From Eledone cirrhosa (taxonomy: Eukaryota), in the NCBI GenBank assembly GCA_964016885.1, contig OZ024749.1, forward strand, positions 744,001 through 808,000: a stretch of 64,000 nucleotides of DNA, given 5' to 3'. Positions 12,690 through 27,140 of the stretch are shown in pieces. The notes below the pieces were generated by a model. It had not been told where the DNA came from. It was given only the letters and a program-made list of their open reading frames with translations, and did not search any database. The translations under genes and the position numbers were made by a program. The stretch's first letter is position 1. Every line of letters starts with the position of its first letter.

Positions 12690-13200
12690 AGACTTTTCTG
12701 CAAGAATTGCAGGAGCTGTTGCAGTAATGCACTACCACCAGCTTGCAGTCATCAGAAGAAAACAGTTACATGTAAAAGCCAAACTCACTATCATCAATTC
12801 GGTGTTCATGCCTATCCTTACATATTGTCATGAACCTTGGGTAATGCTAGAATACAAGCAGCCAAAATGGGGTTCCTCTGATGGGTTTAGAGTAACATTA
12901 CTTGATAGGGTGCATAGCTCAGGGATCAGAGTGGCTCCAGATAGAGCCCGCTATTTCTCTGAACTGGGAGATCATAGCTTCAATACTACTGATGTGGTTA
13001 GAACGTCTAAGGAAAAAAATTGTTGGACAGATTATATGGACAAAGTCAACTGGCAGGAGACCCAGAGGTAGACCACAAGCTGGTTTGTTTAGGGATCCAG
13101 ATGAATCATTTAGAGATGGCTGCACCTGATAGAACCATCAGGAAGGTGTGTCTGAGGACTGCCCCCATGACCCCCAGAGAAATAAGTAGGCAAAAAAAAA
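12690..13200 (+). mobile_element. LINE (RTE-like) 3' fragment; related copy at ~50140-50480
   Basis: KAKLTIINSVFMPILTYCHEPW...GRRPRGRP motifs. Confidence 0.7.
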
Positions 13201-14439
13201 ATCATCACCAGGCTTTAAACTTTCTAAAAATTGTCAGATACTTCTAGTAGGAAATACTGTTAATGTGAAATGTACCCCTACTCATGTACCACCCCAAAAA
13301 TGTGAGTGCTACTCTAAGTTTAATACACCAGTGATTTGGCATTCAAATAAGAACGAATGGGTGACTTTCGAATCTATGAGATATTTATTTTGAGAACAAT
13401 ACCTTAACATCAGTATGAGTGGCTGGTTATGGCTGGTTTGAACAGAACGAGGTGAGAGAATTCTGGTACAATATGGCCGATTTAAATGATAGTTCTGATA
13501 ATGTGAGAGAAGAATATATCCCCAAGAACAAATCTTTCCTCCAGTTACTGATTGAAGGTGTGCTAACTTCATGGCACTATATATTTCTGGACACTACCAA
13601 GAAATTTGTGAAAGTACTCACACACACATACTCAAAAAGTAAATGGAAACAACAAAGTACAATGAAAAGAAATATTAGTTTACTGTTTGATATTAGTAGG
13701 AAAAGAGTTTTACATTTCAGACACTAGTCCTTCATCAGAAGATAGAGTAAGCAGGGAAAAGAATGGAAACATTTTTTTTAAAAAGAAAAAGTACATGTGT
13801 ATTCAATCAGCCATTTGGAAGGAAAAAATTAAACAAAAACCAACATTATATATATATAGCTCAGTGGCTAAAATCACCGCTCCTATTTCTAGCAGAGTTA
13901 TCGTCCACCTTGTTGATACCTATTTGCCTTGGGTTTAACATGATTTCACCATGTGCTTCTCATCATGAAAGTCACATTGGACTTAGCTGTGGCTATCGGC
14001 AAGTATATTGATTTATCTACCATTTTCATTCTATATTTCCCTTAGAATGGTGAGTACCTGAGTCTCATATGCTTTCATCATAATCGATAGTTTGTCATCA
14101 ATGATCAATTATATTGATTGATTACATAGATTGATTTTGAGCTACATTTTCCAGGTATGAAATTATAGAATATGTATTTGGTATATATATACAGTATACT
14201 GTGTTTCTATATATATATAAAGTGCCTGCAGCATAAAATGTACCCAATACATATTGTAAAGTGGTTGGTTGGAGGAAAAGCAACCAGTCATAAAAATCAT
14301 GACAAAGTACAAACATTGCTAGGTTTTCTTTGTAGCTGAGTTTGGTAGATGACAATGGAGGAACTGAGAGATGCTTTGAAACCTGTACAACCCATGCCAA
14401 CATGAAAAAAAACAACAAATGCATGATGATAATTATATA

Positions 14440-15611
14440 CAGAACATGGCACCCATTGTACGAGGAATTTGCTGTATGAGCCGAAGCAAGTGCGAATGTT
14501 TGTCTTGTAGTAGGAGTGTTAAACCGCATTACTAGCAAGTGTCTTACAAGTGACCACTAGTCGGCGCTCACATCACGTGTTTATCTCGTTGCAGCATATC
14601 TATTGTTTTTCCCAGTGTTTTTTTTTAGTTTTGTGCGTTTTTTGCTATTATTTTATAATAATTAGTTGTGTTAGCCATGGGTCCTAAGGTCAGTGCTGAG
14701 AAGAAGAAAAGGCTGATTACGATAGAATTGAAGAAGGAAATCGTTGATAAACATGAGAGAAGAGTGCATGTAGTTAACATTGCACGTCAATACGACCGAA
14801 GCACGTCGACGATCTGCACCATCCTGAAGAAAAAGGACAATATTAAGGCCATTACAACAGCAAGGGGTGTTTCCAGGCTCTCCTAGCAACGCACATCTGT
14901 CCTCGAAGAGGTGGAAAAATTGCTTTTCCTGTGGATCAACAAGAAGCAACTAGCAGGGGATATGATTACGGAGACCATCATCTGCGAGAAAGCAGCAGTA
15001 TTTGGATGCATTGGAAAAGATTGTTTCCCCGGAGGAGGAAATTGTAGCGGAGAAGGCTATCTCTACAAGTGACATAAAGGCAGTGTTGACAAAGTGGCAG
15101 GATGTTTCTGAATTTGTAGAAAAAAAATCATCCTGAAAAAGTATCTACAGCTGCTTTATTTAATGGCACTGCTCTGACACATTTTCGTAACATTTTGAAA
15201 GGCAGAAAAAAAACAAAACTTTTCTTGATATGTTTCTAATGAAACGACCTGCAAGTGAAGAAAGTGTGTCCCAAAAACCCTAAATTAAGAGAGAGAAAAT
15301 GCCAGAAACTGTTCTTCGTGAAGTGCTAATGGAAGGACATTCTCCTTCCAAACAATAATCCTTCTCCACCCTGCTCTTTTGTCTCCCTCACACACAAATC
15401 GTTCCATCTATTTTTTTTACATTCTTGTTTATTATATTTTTATAATTGTCATTTTCCTTGTAACTGCACCTTTTCTGTTTTAAAACCCATACAAATGGGT
15501 GGGGTGGGGTGGAACGGATTAATTATATTTTAATTAATTTCAATGGGGAAAATTGATTTGTAAAACAAGCTGTCATGGAACAAATTAAACTCATACTGCG
15601 AAGTATCACTG
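14440..15611 (+). mobile_element. Tigger/pogo-like DNA transposon, internally deleted
   Basis: CENP-B HTH N-terminus (ITIELKKEIVDKHE...STICTILKKK...EKLLFLWINKKQLAGD) with an in-frame stop; TA-CAG...CTG-TA ends; no DDE core. Confidence 0.85.
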
Positions 15612-15959
15612 TACATATCCTATGATAAATCAAGACACTTGGATCATTTGAAATTTAAAATGTTGGAATCCAAACTGAGAAATCGCTATAACTTTATAAG
15701 ATTTGGTGAAATACTCGGTATTTCAAATATATATATTAAGGTTAAAAATAATTTACAAACATTTACTGATTGGATGAGTAGTCATATTACATGTTAAATG
15801 TATCTTGGTTGATTCAGAGATACATATCAAATATAATACATACATATTTACACATTACATATATACACACACAGACACACATTACATATATACAAACACA
15901 CACAAGACAGACATAATGAAAATAAGATTTATCATGTTTTGAAATCAATAAAAGCCGAG

Positions 15960-16284
15960 CAGAGAGTCTAACTAAAATCAACTCATATTTTACAAAGCAC
16001 CCCTCTAAAACACATTCTTGCTTCTTGTTTACAAAGGTTCAAAATTATCACAAACCAAACAAGATTACATTTAAACAATTAAAAGTTAATAAAAAATTAA
16101 ATAAATTCAATCATTGCTTAACAATATTTTAAATTAAAAATTACAGAGCATTTTTACAGTGGAGAGGACTATGGGCAGTGAACTAAACTTCTTGAAAAAC
16201 ATTCTTTAACTCAATGATTTAGAAGCAAATTATATCTAGAAATGGGTTTGTCATTTAAATATTTACACTGTATTTTTACAAATG

Positions 16285-16318
<34 letters not shown>

Positions 16319-17770
16319 AAATAAAAATAGAAAAAAGAAATGCAATGAAATTTACAGTTCACACAAACAGGTTTAGCTGAACCACTATGACGTTGCATTT
16401 CAGCTTTCTTGGATGTTTAAATGATAAGAACTGCAGTGATATTATGAAAAAGCATATGATTAAAAAACACAACACACTACCCATTTCAAGAACCCACAAA
16501 CTGTCAGACTAACACCATAACCACAAAGTCACCTGCTTTCATTTAAAACAATAAAAGCCCAAACTGTTTTAAAAATTTACATAACATTTACAGTGGGTGG
16601 TGTGAGAGTATTGGCATTACGTCCTGTAATGATTTAGTAGAATATATAGGGATTAATCCAAATATTTATAGTGTCTTTATTAGTGGACAGATTGTTGTGA
16701 AAAGTTGCATTAGAGTAAAGACATTATGATACAAACTCATCTCTAGTTATATGAAATAAAACCACTCATTTTACAGAGTTCCTATTTCAATCTTCCAACA
16801 TAATTTTATATTTTAGCAACAAAAAAATTAATTTTAACAAATCTGATAAAATTCTTCATTAATTAATAGAATTAGAGTATGTTCCATTAGAAATACTGTT
16901 ACAAAAGTGTTGAATTTTCACTAGATGTAGTCAATGATGCTTTGTACTTTTCAAGAATGTCTTGCTTATGTAGTTTCATGCGATACAGGACACTAAGAGT
17001 TAATACAGAATATAAAATAAACATTCAAGCCAAATAAAACTGGCTTAAATTTCAAACAATAGTTGACATTTTAACACTATATAAACCCACCCAAAACCAC
17101 CCCCGCCTCTATAAAACAAAACTTACCCATTTTAGATAATTCCTATTTAAGTTAAAACCCTGCAACATAAATTTTAACGTTTTATGTTTTATGAAATAAG
17201 TATTAATTTGAGTAATATCTCTCAAAATTCTTCATTATAATTCAAATACTTTGTATTTCGTTGGAAATATGGGACGGTTAAGATTACCGAATGAATTTGA
17301 TTTTTGAACTAAGTCAAGTCATCATAAACATTAGAAAATAAAATACAAAATTTTAAAATGTTATAAAATCAATAAAATTCTCTGCTCAGTCACGAAACAA
17401 GGTCAATGGGTGGTAGTGGGGCAACAAAGTTGGGGTTGTTACAGACCCCTTTTAGCAAGTCACGAACAACTATGTGAATAATAGCCCCCACACACACTTG
17501 CATTTACTTTGAGTTCAGTTAAAAATGGTGATGATATGAGAGGCTGTGAGCAATGAAAGGAGAATGTTAATAATTGTTTTTACATTTGACACAAGGCCAG
17601 CAATTTGGAGGGAAGGGGAAAGCCAATTATATTGACCAGTGTTACTGGTACTTTATTTTATTGACTCTGTAAGGATGAAAGGCAAAGCCAACCCCAGCAT
17701 CATTTGAACTCTGAACGTAGTGAGCCAGAAGACAAGTCTGGCAGTCTTATAAATGTTAATAATGATGACT
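15960..17770 (-). other. Probable SKP2 3' UTR region (end uncertain)
   Basis: AT-rich, mostly non-repetitive sequence directly after the stop. U-rich on the minus strand, including a ~32-nt U tract (16285-16316). A SINE lies at ~17570-17745. Confidence 0.45.
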
Positions 17771-17966
17771 TCACAGTGGATTGTCTCTGACCCTTAACCC
17801 CCAGATACTGGTGCGATGGACGCCTGTGGTAGGCCGGGATATTTTGGTGAAGGGATATTTGTTGACAGCCACTTTGCCAAGGGCATCGCTGAGATGTTGT
17901 AACATTCCATCAGGTAACATTCCATAAATATTTAACACTGACAGTTTAGGTAGGCTGCTCAACGAG
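17771..17966 (-). CDS. SKP2: SKP2 last coding exon
   Basis: tag| acceptor, TGA at 17771-17773. LPKLSVLNIYGMLPDGML...PFTKISRPTTGVHRTSIWGLRVRDNPL matches the diagnostic SKP2 C-terminal tail (FTTIARPT...IWG). Confidence 0.96.
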
Positions 17967-18101
17967 CTACAGGAGAAAAAAATTTTAAAAAGAAAAGAAA
18001 AGGAAAATAAAAATAAAACAAAACGAATAAAAAATGAAATAAAATGAAAAAAATAATACATTGAAAATATATAAGTAGCGGGAGGGTGTGCACAAGCTAT
18101 C

Positions 18102-18450
18102 ATAAGTATATTTCTAATGATATACACTGCCTATATACTATAAGTATATTTCTAATGATATACACTCCCTATATACTATAAGTATATTTCTAATGATATA
18201 CACTGCCTATATACTATAAGTATATTTCTAATGATATACACTCCCTATATACTATAAGTATATTTCTAATGATATACACTCCCTATATACTATAAGTATA
18301 TTTCTAATGATATACACTCCCTATATACTATAAGTATATTTCTAATGATATACACTGCCTATATACTATAAGTATATTTCTAATGATATACACTGCCTAT
18401 ATACTATAAGTATATTTCTAATGATATACACTGCCTATATTTCTAATGAT
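18102..18450. repeat. 38-bp minisatellite, about 9 copies
   Basis: Unit ataagtatatttctaatgatatacact(g/c)cctatatact. Confidence 0.95.
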
Positions 18451-18489
18451 AATTTTATGTAGAGAGAGAGGTAGTATACATACTGCCTC

Positions 18490-19907
18490 TCTCTCTACCT
18501 AAAATTCTTTGTCCCTCTGTTTACTATGCAATCTCAAACGGCTCGACCAAATCAAATCAAATTTTACAATTAGCATTAGACTCCGAGTGTCAACATGTAA
18601 TTTTTATTTTTATTTGGATTAAAACAATAACATTTTATCTAAAATAATCTTTCTATAGTCAACTAAAGGACATTTTATACCACCACCACGTCACATTTTG
18701 TATATGTCTGAGTGTGCGTTCATTACATACGTTAGGCCTCAGAGAATTAAACACACACACGTGTTGACTGACAAGTATGTGTGTGAGTGTGAGAGTGTAG
18801 ACATCACATTTTATATATATGAATATGTATGTGTGAGTGTTTGTTAGGCCTAATAAGTTGTACAGAGAATTAAACACACACATCTACACATACATATATG
18901 CTGACTGACAAGTATATCATCATCAACGTTTAACATCTATCTTCCACGCTAGCATGGGTTTAGACGGGAATTGTCCCACTTGAGTTGAGGCAAGATTGGT
19001 TGTCTTGCTCAGGACTGACTGGCAGGTTCTCTACGGTTGGATGCCCTTCCTAACACCAACCACATTTACAGTGTGGACAGAGGTTTTTACCATGTTACTT
19101 ACATGGCCACATTACAGTGTGGACTGTGTTTTTTTGTTGTGACAACTACACAACCTCATTAATTTAGGACTGGATGTTGTGGTACCAACATAACTTTACA
19201 GAGAAAGGGGTGGTGTTGTTGGGAGTGGGGGTGCACATTTGGTTAAGAGGTGCGAACTGACTGTAGGTTTCGCTTTGTATATAGGCAAGGCGGGTATATA
19301 TACATTTCTGTGACGAAAGGCATAATGAACACACATACACATCTAAAGAGAGAGGCCATTATACAGAGAGAGATACAATCACAAACGACTTTTAAAGGCA
19401 GAATAAACTGGCTAAGAGCTGCGTTTTCATATAATCCATCAAAGAATTATAGAAATGATCCTAAAGTCGCGATTGGCAACATGGATATTACACTTGGCAT
19501 GTGTTGTTTAGGAGGAAAGGTCAGACTTCCACTGATAGAGGACCCTCCAGCTTTTATCCATATACTGCTTACAGACCATACTAACGAAGCTAAACACTTC
19601 AGAAGCAATGTTATGTGGTATATTGCTGTGTTTAAGATGATGTCCTTTGAAGCTGAAAAAGATCATACTGACTATGGTTATTTCACATTTAAAATCCAAG
19701 GCCAATGCTTCCATTTTATCAGCAGTTTACTCACCGAGCCTAATAAGGAAGTTTTATGATTGTTTTTCTTTATCTCTCTCTCACAGATTATGGTCTCACC
19801 TCATACTGTAAACCAGACAACACATCCAATACAGTCGGTTTCACTTTTATCCGTCTTCTCTTATCTCTTAACTTTTCCTCCCGGGTGAAACCAGGTACCT
19901 CAGCTAG
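18490..19907 (+). mobile_element. Helitron deletion derivative with a nested RTE 3' end (18915-19295, minus)
   Basis: CCLGGKVRLP..PP..LL..HFRSN..FKMMSF..TFKIQGQCFH is the Helitron Rep/Hel N-terminal motif. 3' hairpin ccgggtgaaaccagg followed by CTAG-T at 19904-19908. The 5' end is approximate. Confidence 0.8.
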
Positions 19908-20726
19908 TATTCTATAATATCTAGTGATATATACTACCTATATTTTCCAAATAATCTCAAGAATTTGGAAGTATTTACTATATAACCTGTTGGTGAATTG
20001 GCAGAGCTGTTAGAACATCAGATAGAATGCTTTTCTATATTTGTTCCAACTATTTGCACTCTGTTTAAATCCTGCCGAGGCCAACTTTACCTTCCAGCCT
20101 TTCGAGGTCAGTAAATAATAATAAAAGATAGTGCCAGTTCAGTACTGGGAGGATCAATTCTATATTGCTTTCTCATTTTCCTTCTATCAGGTGATCATGT
20201 CTTGCTCATACAGAACTGTTTCTGGCTTGGTTTCTACGGCTGGATGCCCTTCCTAATTCCAACCACATTACAGTGTAGACAGGGTACTTTTTCATCATAT
20301 GGTTAGATATTAGTAACTTAACATTCTTAATACCAAACCACTCCTTGTTTTACAATACAAACTTGTTTATTTTAAAATGTTCATATTTAGCTGAAGGCGC
20401 AGGCATTAGATTTAGATTCACAATCGGGAGGTTGTGAGTTTGATTCTCAGGCCAGGCGATGCGTTGAGTCTTTCTTTGAGCGAGACACTTTATTTCATGT
20501 TGCTTCTTCGGCTAGACCAGTAGCAATTGGAAAGACCAATGGAAAGATTGCTGCCTTGGTCTGATCTGACAAGTTCCACCTAACTCAGTCAACAAATTAG
20601 GTCTGGGATCTTAAGATCATTTAAGAAGATATTTATCTAAAAGTTTTCCATCATAATTCTATGTAAGAAGCTTTGATAAGATATCCTCCAAACATTAACT
20701 AAATAATGAGAACATTAGTTATATTA

Positions 20727-21553
20727 CTAAATTCCTCTCAACACAGATAATACATTAATTAATGGTTGAACTTTATAGAGAGGATCGTAATTTGATTCCT
20801 TTCTACAGGGGGCATTTAAAATATCAACCAGGTACAAATACTGAAGATTATATTTATAATAAAAATGCTCAAATTTCCACAGCATCTTTCGGCCACCATA
20901 ACTATTCAGCTTTTCCTCGATTTGCAATTTGTTGTTGGCCATATCGATTTGTCTCTTTTGCCACAACTTCGAAGAAAGTATGTGGTAAAAACAAAAAGAA
21001 ATAATCCACTGCTTTAGCAACAGGAGCTAATGTGTGTTGTGGACCAGTATTTTCAATAAAATCAGGAACAAGTATTGGTGTGGTGTTTTTCAACCACGTT
21101 GCTGTAATATATTCAATGGCGTCCTGGAGATATCCTTTGCTTTCACCTTCAAAACAACAATCATCGTCAGATAAAAATTCAGAGATATATATGTCTGATT
21201 CATTTGAGGATAAATCTCTAATATTTTCTTGTTTCTTCCTCAATTTGATTGTCATCGTGTTTAAAACCTTCAAAGTCGGTATTGCTACTCTCACAAGCCA
21301 TGTTGACAAATAGTCTGTTATACTTCCAATGTTAAAAAAAACACGTGCTGTTTCAAGTTTCACTATATTAAGTGTTGTATTTCGCAGTACAGTCCTTATC
21401 TCATAGTAATCTCAAATCAACAACATTTTGATGATATTGTTTAATTTTAGAACAATATCTTAGTGTGGGTGTCTGTGGCCGGATTTGGCTGGTTGGAACA
21501 AATAAGGGGGCAATAATTTCAGCTGGATTTGGCTGGTTGGAACAAATAAAGGG
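20727..21553 (-). mobile_element. piggyBac-derived fragment (diverged copy)
   Basis: AGGG-TTAA terminus at 21553; DYFFLFLP..VAKETNRY and YDPLYKVQPLI transposase motifs. Confidence 0.8.
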
Positions 21554-22164
21554 TTAAATGAAACTTTTGTTAAGTTTTGTTACAAATACTGACTTAATAA
21601 TGAAGTAATTGATAATTCTAGTAAATCACTCCAAATTCTTCATTAATTAATTGAAATAAGTATTTTATAAGGAATATGTTTGGGAAAGAGTGAACCGTGA
21701 ATCAAACTATAGTGAACGTTAACTAAAAACAGTAAAATGAATAATGGGCAATAACTCAAGTGGACCAATGCCTTTAACCCAAGTTAACTGGAGATGTACT
21801 CAATGACATATGCAAACATTTTTTTCAAATTTAAATTTTCCTCTTGGAGAAAGAAAACCAGCTTAGTAAATGTTAGTGACTCTCAAACCAAAGGGGAAAT
21901 AACTACAAGAAATTGGGTTCTTTATCTTTTTAATTGTCAGACAAGAAATGAATTGGGTGTGGCAATTAGAATTTCTTAGGGAGGGGGTAAGGAAAAAAGA
22001 AACAAAAAACATACATTGAACCACATAAAAAAAAGTAAAAATCTGCCATGAACCCAGAGGCTCATCAGGATGTTTATCTCGGTTTCCATGGTGTTAAGTG
22101 ACTAAGACTTCTCCTGGACAGGTCTCCTGCCCACCAGCTGGTACTCATAACACTCCAACATGAG

Positions 22165-24215
22165 TGGGGACCATGTCAACACTAACCAACATGAATGTAG
22201 CCATAATGTCAACACTAACATGAGGGGCCATAATGTCAACACTAACCAACAGGGGCCATAATGTCAACACTAACCAACAGGGGCCATAATGTCAATACTA
22301 ACTATCATGAGGGACCATAATGTCAACACTAACTAACATGAGGGGCCATAATGTCAACACTAACCAACATGAGGGGCCATAATGTCAACGCTAACCAACA
22401 TGAGGGGCCATAATGTCAACACTAACCAACATGAGGGGCCATAATGTCAACACTAACATGAGGGGCCATAATGTCAACACTAACCAACATGAGGAGCCAT
22501 AATGTCAACACTATCATGAGGGGCCATAATGTCAACACTAACATGAGGGGCCATAACGTCAACACTAACCAACATGAGGGGCCATAATGTCAACACTAAC
22601 CAACAGGAGGGGCCATAATGTCAACACTAACCAACATGGGCCAGGCCATAATGTCAACACTAACATGAGGGGCCATAATGTCAACACTAACATGAGGGGC
22701 CATAATGTCAACACTAACCAACATGAGGGGCCATAATGTCAACACTAACCAACATGAGGAGCCATAATGTCAACACTATCATGAGGGGCCATAATGTCAA
22801 CACTAACTAACATGAGGGGCCATAATGTCAACGCTAATCAACATGAGGGGCCATAATGTCAACACTAACCAACATGAGGGGCCATAATGTCAACACTAAC
22901 CAACATGAGGAGCCATAATGTCAACACTAACATGAGGGGCCATAATGTCAACACTAACTAACATGAGGGGCCATAATGTCAACGCTAATCAACATGAGGG
23001 GCCATAATGTCAACGCTAATCAACACGAGGGGCCATAATGTCAACACTAACATGAGGGGCCATAATGTCAACACTAACGTGAGGGGCCGTAATGTCAACA
23101 CTAACCAACATGAGGGGCCATAATGTCAACACTAACCAACATGAAGGGCCATAACGTCAACATTAACCAACATGAGGGCCCATAATGTCAACACTAACCA
23201 ACATGAGGGGCCATAATGTCAACACTAACTAACATGAGGGGCCATAATGTCAACACTAACCAACATGAGGGGCCATAACGTCAACATTAACCAACATGAG
23301 GGGCCATAATGTCAACACTAACCAACATGAGGGGCCATAATGTCAACACTAACCAACAGGAGGGGCCATAATGTCAACACTAACCAACATGGGCCAGGCC
23401 ATAATGTCAACACTAACATGAGGGGCCATAATGTCAACACTAACATGAGGGGCCATAATGTCAACACTAACCAACATGAGGGGCCATAATGTCAACACTA
23501 ACCAACATGAGGAGCCATAATGTCAACACTATCATGAGGGGCCATAATGTCAACACTAACTAACATGAGGGGCCATAATGTCAACACTAACTAACATGAG
23601 GGGCCATAATGTCAACACTAACATGAGGGGCCATAATGTCAACACTAACGTGAGGGGCCATAATATCAACACTAACCAACATGAGGGGCCATAATGTCAA
23701 CACTAACCAACATGAAGGGCCATAACGTCAACATTAACCAACATGAAGGGCCATAATGTCAACACTAACCAACATGAGGGGCCATAATGTCAACACTAAC
23801 TAACATGAGGGGCCATAATGTCAACACTAACCAACATGAGGGGCCATAATGTCAACATTAACCAACATGAGGGGCCATAATGTCAACACTAACCAACATG
23901 AGGGGCCATAATGTCAACACTAACCAACATGAGGGGCCATAATGTCAACACTAACTAACATGAGGGGCCATAATGTCAATACTAACCAACATGAGGAGCC
24001 ATAATGTCAACACTAACCAACATGAGGGGCCATAATGTCAACACTAACCAACATGAGGGGCCATAATGTCAACACTAACCAACATGAGGGGCCATAATGT
24101 CAACACTAACATGAGGGGCCATAATGTCAACACTAACCAACATGAGGGCCCATAATGTCAACACCAACATGAGGGGCCATAATGTCAACACTAACCAACA
24201 TGAGGGGCCATAATG
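22165..24215. repeat. 27-31-bp minisatellite, about 2 kb
   Basis: Unit gccataatgtcaacactaaccaacatgaggg in head-to-tail copies with no spacers. Confidence 0.97.
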
Positions 24216-25160
24216 CTCTTCTCCATAAGGGCGAAGTAAAGCACTAGTAACCTTTTATAGAATTACTGACGAAAAGGTAAAGAAAAATAAAAAATAAAGT
24301 AACTTGGTATGCAAGGACCCCTCCTACCATGGAAAATGTTTAAATGAGGGTCGGCTGAAAAGTTCATAGACTGATTATGAAGGATTAATGCTAGAGCTGT
24401 GAAAACTTGTATGCATTAATTTCAACTCTTTTCATCAATAACTGTATTGTTTCTTTCTAGGGACTGTTGAAAAATAAACTTAATCTGATGATTCCATGAG
24501 AGTATCTTGGTCAACCTATGAGGAATATTTGAATATCTACTAGCCAGTAACAGTACAGAACATTTAAAAGAGAAACTCAGCTGTAGACTGGAAGGAAACA
24601 TGATGACATCAGGCCAAGAGATTAGTGAAAAGGGATGCAGATGATAAGTGAAGTGTGACATTGATCCAGAGTAGATACCTTGTGGTATTTACTCTGGATC
24701 TGGACATTTTCCCCTACCAAAGCAGGGGCTAGCCTTGTAGGCTCCATGTTTCTTAAGGGGGTCATTCCTGGTGCAATGTTTTATAGTCAGATGTCTTCCT
24801 TGATGCCAACCCTTTTAGTCACCTTTTACAACACACAGGGATATGGTGTACCTATTGTAATCTGGATATACAGAATGTTGGACTGAAAACTAGTCAAATA
24901 TCACAAAACTCACCTTTCAAATGTCTTCCCTCTCCTACATGCCCCATTCATTATTTCCACAACTCCCTTTCCCCTACCATGCCCCACTCATTGATTCCAC
25001 CTCTTTCTCTTACCACCTTTCTCATATTGTTTCTATCTACCTACTTCTCCTACCATGCCATTCCTACTGTTTCTAGCCAATCTCCTTACCAACAACCATC
25101 ACACAGCTGTAAAGAAAGCAACACTTCAACAGAGAATAAGAAATATAACATTGTACTTAC

Positions 25161-25320
25161 TAAAGACAAACTGGTAAGATGCGGTTACATCTGGTGAGAG
25201 AAAGATTCTCCAGGTTCTTCAGACTACTAATTGCAGAGACAGAACTTTCTGTGATTAATGAGGAATCACTGAGATCAAGATGTGTGAGGTTAGGGCACGT
25301 CTTCACTAATTGGGTAACCT
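25161..25320 (-). CDS. SKP2: SKP2 exon, LRR
   Basis: cag|...|gtaagt, 160 nt. VTQLVKTCPNLTHLDLSDSSLITESSVSAISSLKNLENLSLTRCNRILPVCL resembles SKP2 CPNLVHLDLSDS...LSLSRCY. Confidence 0.95.
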
Positions 25321-25549
25321 CTGAAGAATTATAGAAAAATAACAGACAGCATATAGAATTAAGCCCTATCATTAAAGGTTTTCCAAATAAAATATTAAAA
25401 ACACAAAAAACCCACTATAATTTCAAGCAAGTTTGAAAATAACATATTTGGAGGGGTTTAGTAATATAACCAACTGTCTTATTAATCTGTTTGGAACATA
25501 AAATTACAAGATAATATTTTCAGATAAATATAAATACTTTAACCCTTTT

Positions 25550-27140
25550 CACATCATCATTTTTACGTCCATTCTTAAACACTTGCATGGGTTGGACGGG
25601 TCCTTCTAGCATCTCTCCACTCTCTGTGTTTCTTCATCTCCTCTGTGAGTCTCAGCAATTTGAGATCAGCTCTCACCATCTCTGCTCAGGTCTTTCTATG
25701 TCTACCGCTTCTAGCATTTCCTGGCACCTCATCACCCAATGATCATCATCCATGCGCATCACTTGTTCTTACCAACAGCCTTCTCTCCTGCACACTACCT
25801 CGAATTCCTCTTAAACACAACTTCTCCCTCAGTTCATCCAAGCTCTGCCTTTCTTTCACATTTATGTTGCACATCCAATGAAGCTTGGCTGCTTCATATC
25901 TCTCTAGTCTACGCATGTCTTCTGCAGTCACTGCACAGGTTTCACTACCATGCAATGTCATATTTCATACATAGGCATCATAAAGTCATCCTTTTGTACG
26001 TAAGGAGAAACCTTTTGTTGTCAACAGTGGGTATAGCTCTCTAAACTTCTTCTATCCCATCCTTATTCTAGCTATTATGCTCTCAGAGCACCTTCCCCCA
26101 CTGCTAATTAAGTCACCTAGATAGCAGAAGCTATCAACCAGTTCTATGGATCCTTTCTGTGATTGAAAAACGCTTATATCCTTGATGCTCTTCCCACTGA
26201 TTACCCCTGTGTATCATCATCATCATCATCATCATTGTTTAACATCTATCTTCCACGCTAGCATGGGTTTAGACAGGAATTGTCCCACTTGAGGCAAGAT
26301 TGGTCGTCTCGCTCGTATAGGACTGTCTGGCAGGTTTTCTATGGCTGGAAGCCCTTCCTAACATCAACCTACATAATTTCCATATTTTCCCCGTCTCTTG
26401 CCATTGCTGTACATTCCTTCCACCTTTTAAGAATGTCCTGAAGACTAGTCAGCACCTTTCCTTCATCATCCCCAATATTTCTTTGTTTTGTATGGAAGCC
26501 CTTAGTGACTTTATGACACTGAATGCCTTCTGTATATTGTTTCTGCAATGCTCCCTCAACCATCTTGCCTTAACCTGTCTGGCTTCTTTTACTGCTTTAT
26601 CCAATTCCTGGTACTTTGTGTCATTAAACTTGAAAGTAGCCCTGGTGTGTTTGAGCTTGTGCTCGTCCATCAGATGGAGAATGGCTTTAGAGACTCACTC
26701 TTTCCTTTTCTACTTACATTATTCCACTACATCTCATATCCCAAATTTGTGTACACTGTATGGAGTTTATGCTTACTCCTTTTCTGCATATGGAACATGG
26801 CCACTTCCCTGATGGGATCAGGGTCCTATCTTCTTTCCTACTCACTAACACTTTAGTTTAGGCTAAGTTTATTCCCAGACCTTTTCATTCCAAAATCTAT
26901 TTCCATAGACAGAACCTACTTTCTAGTTCTTTTATGGACTTGGCTATAAGGACCAAAACATCTGCATTGAAAAGTTCCCATGGACAGCCAGTTTTAAACT
27001 CTTCTGCTATGGCCTGGAGTACTATAATAAATAGCAGTGGGCTAAGCATTGAACCTTGATGAACTCATACCTGTACCTTGAATTCCTCACTAAACTCACT
27101 TCCTACTATCACTTTATTGACAGCTCCTCTCTACATACGA
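25550..27140 (-). mobile_element. RTE LINE 3' part with nested LINE fragments (26215-26730)
   Basis: LHGSETCAV...LHWMCN...VQERRL and GCPWEL motifs. Confidence 0.85.

Noticed and set aside
13419-14011. Plus-strand ORFs and a possible small exon near 13721
   Set aside because: No recognisable protein similarity or consistent exon chain; partly overlaps a MITE-like repeat also seen at ~54275-54420.
22165-24215. CRISPR-like periodicity
   Set aside because: Head-to-tail units with no unique spacers, no cas genes, and a eukaryotic intron context.
24345-24660. Mariner-like TIR (gagggtcggctgaaaagttc)
   Set aside because: No convincing partner TIR or transposase remnant identified.
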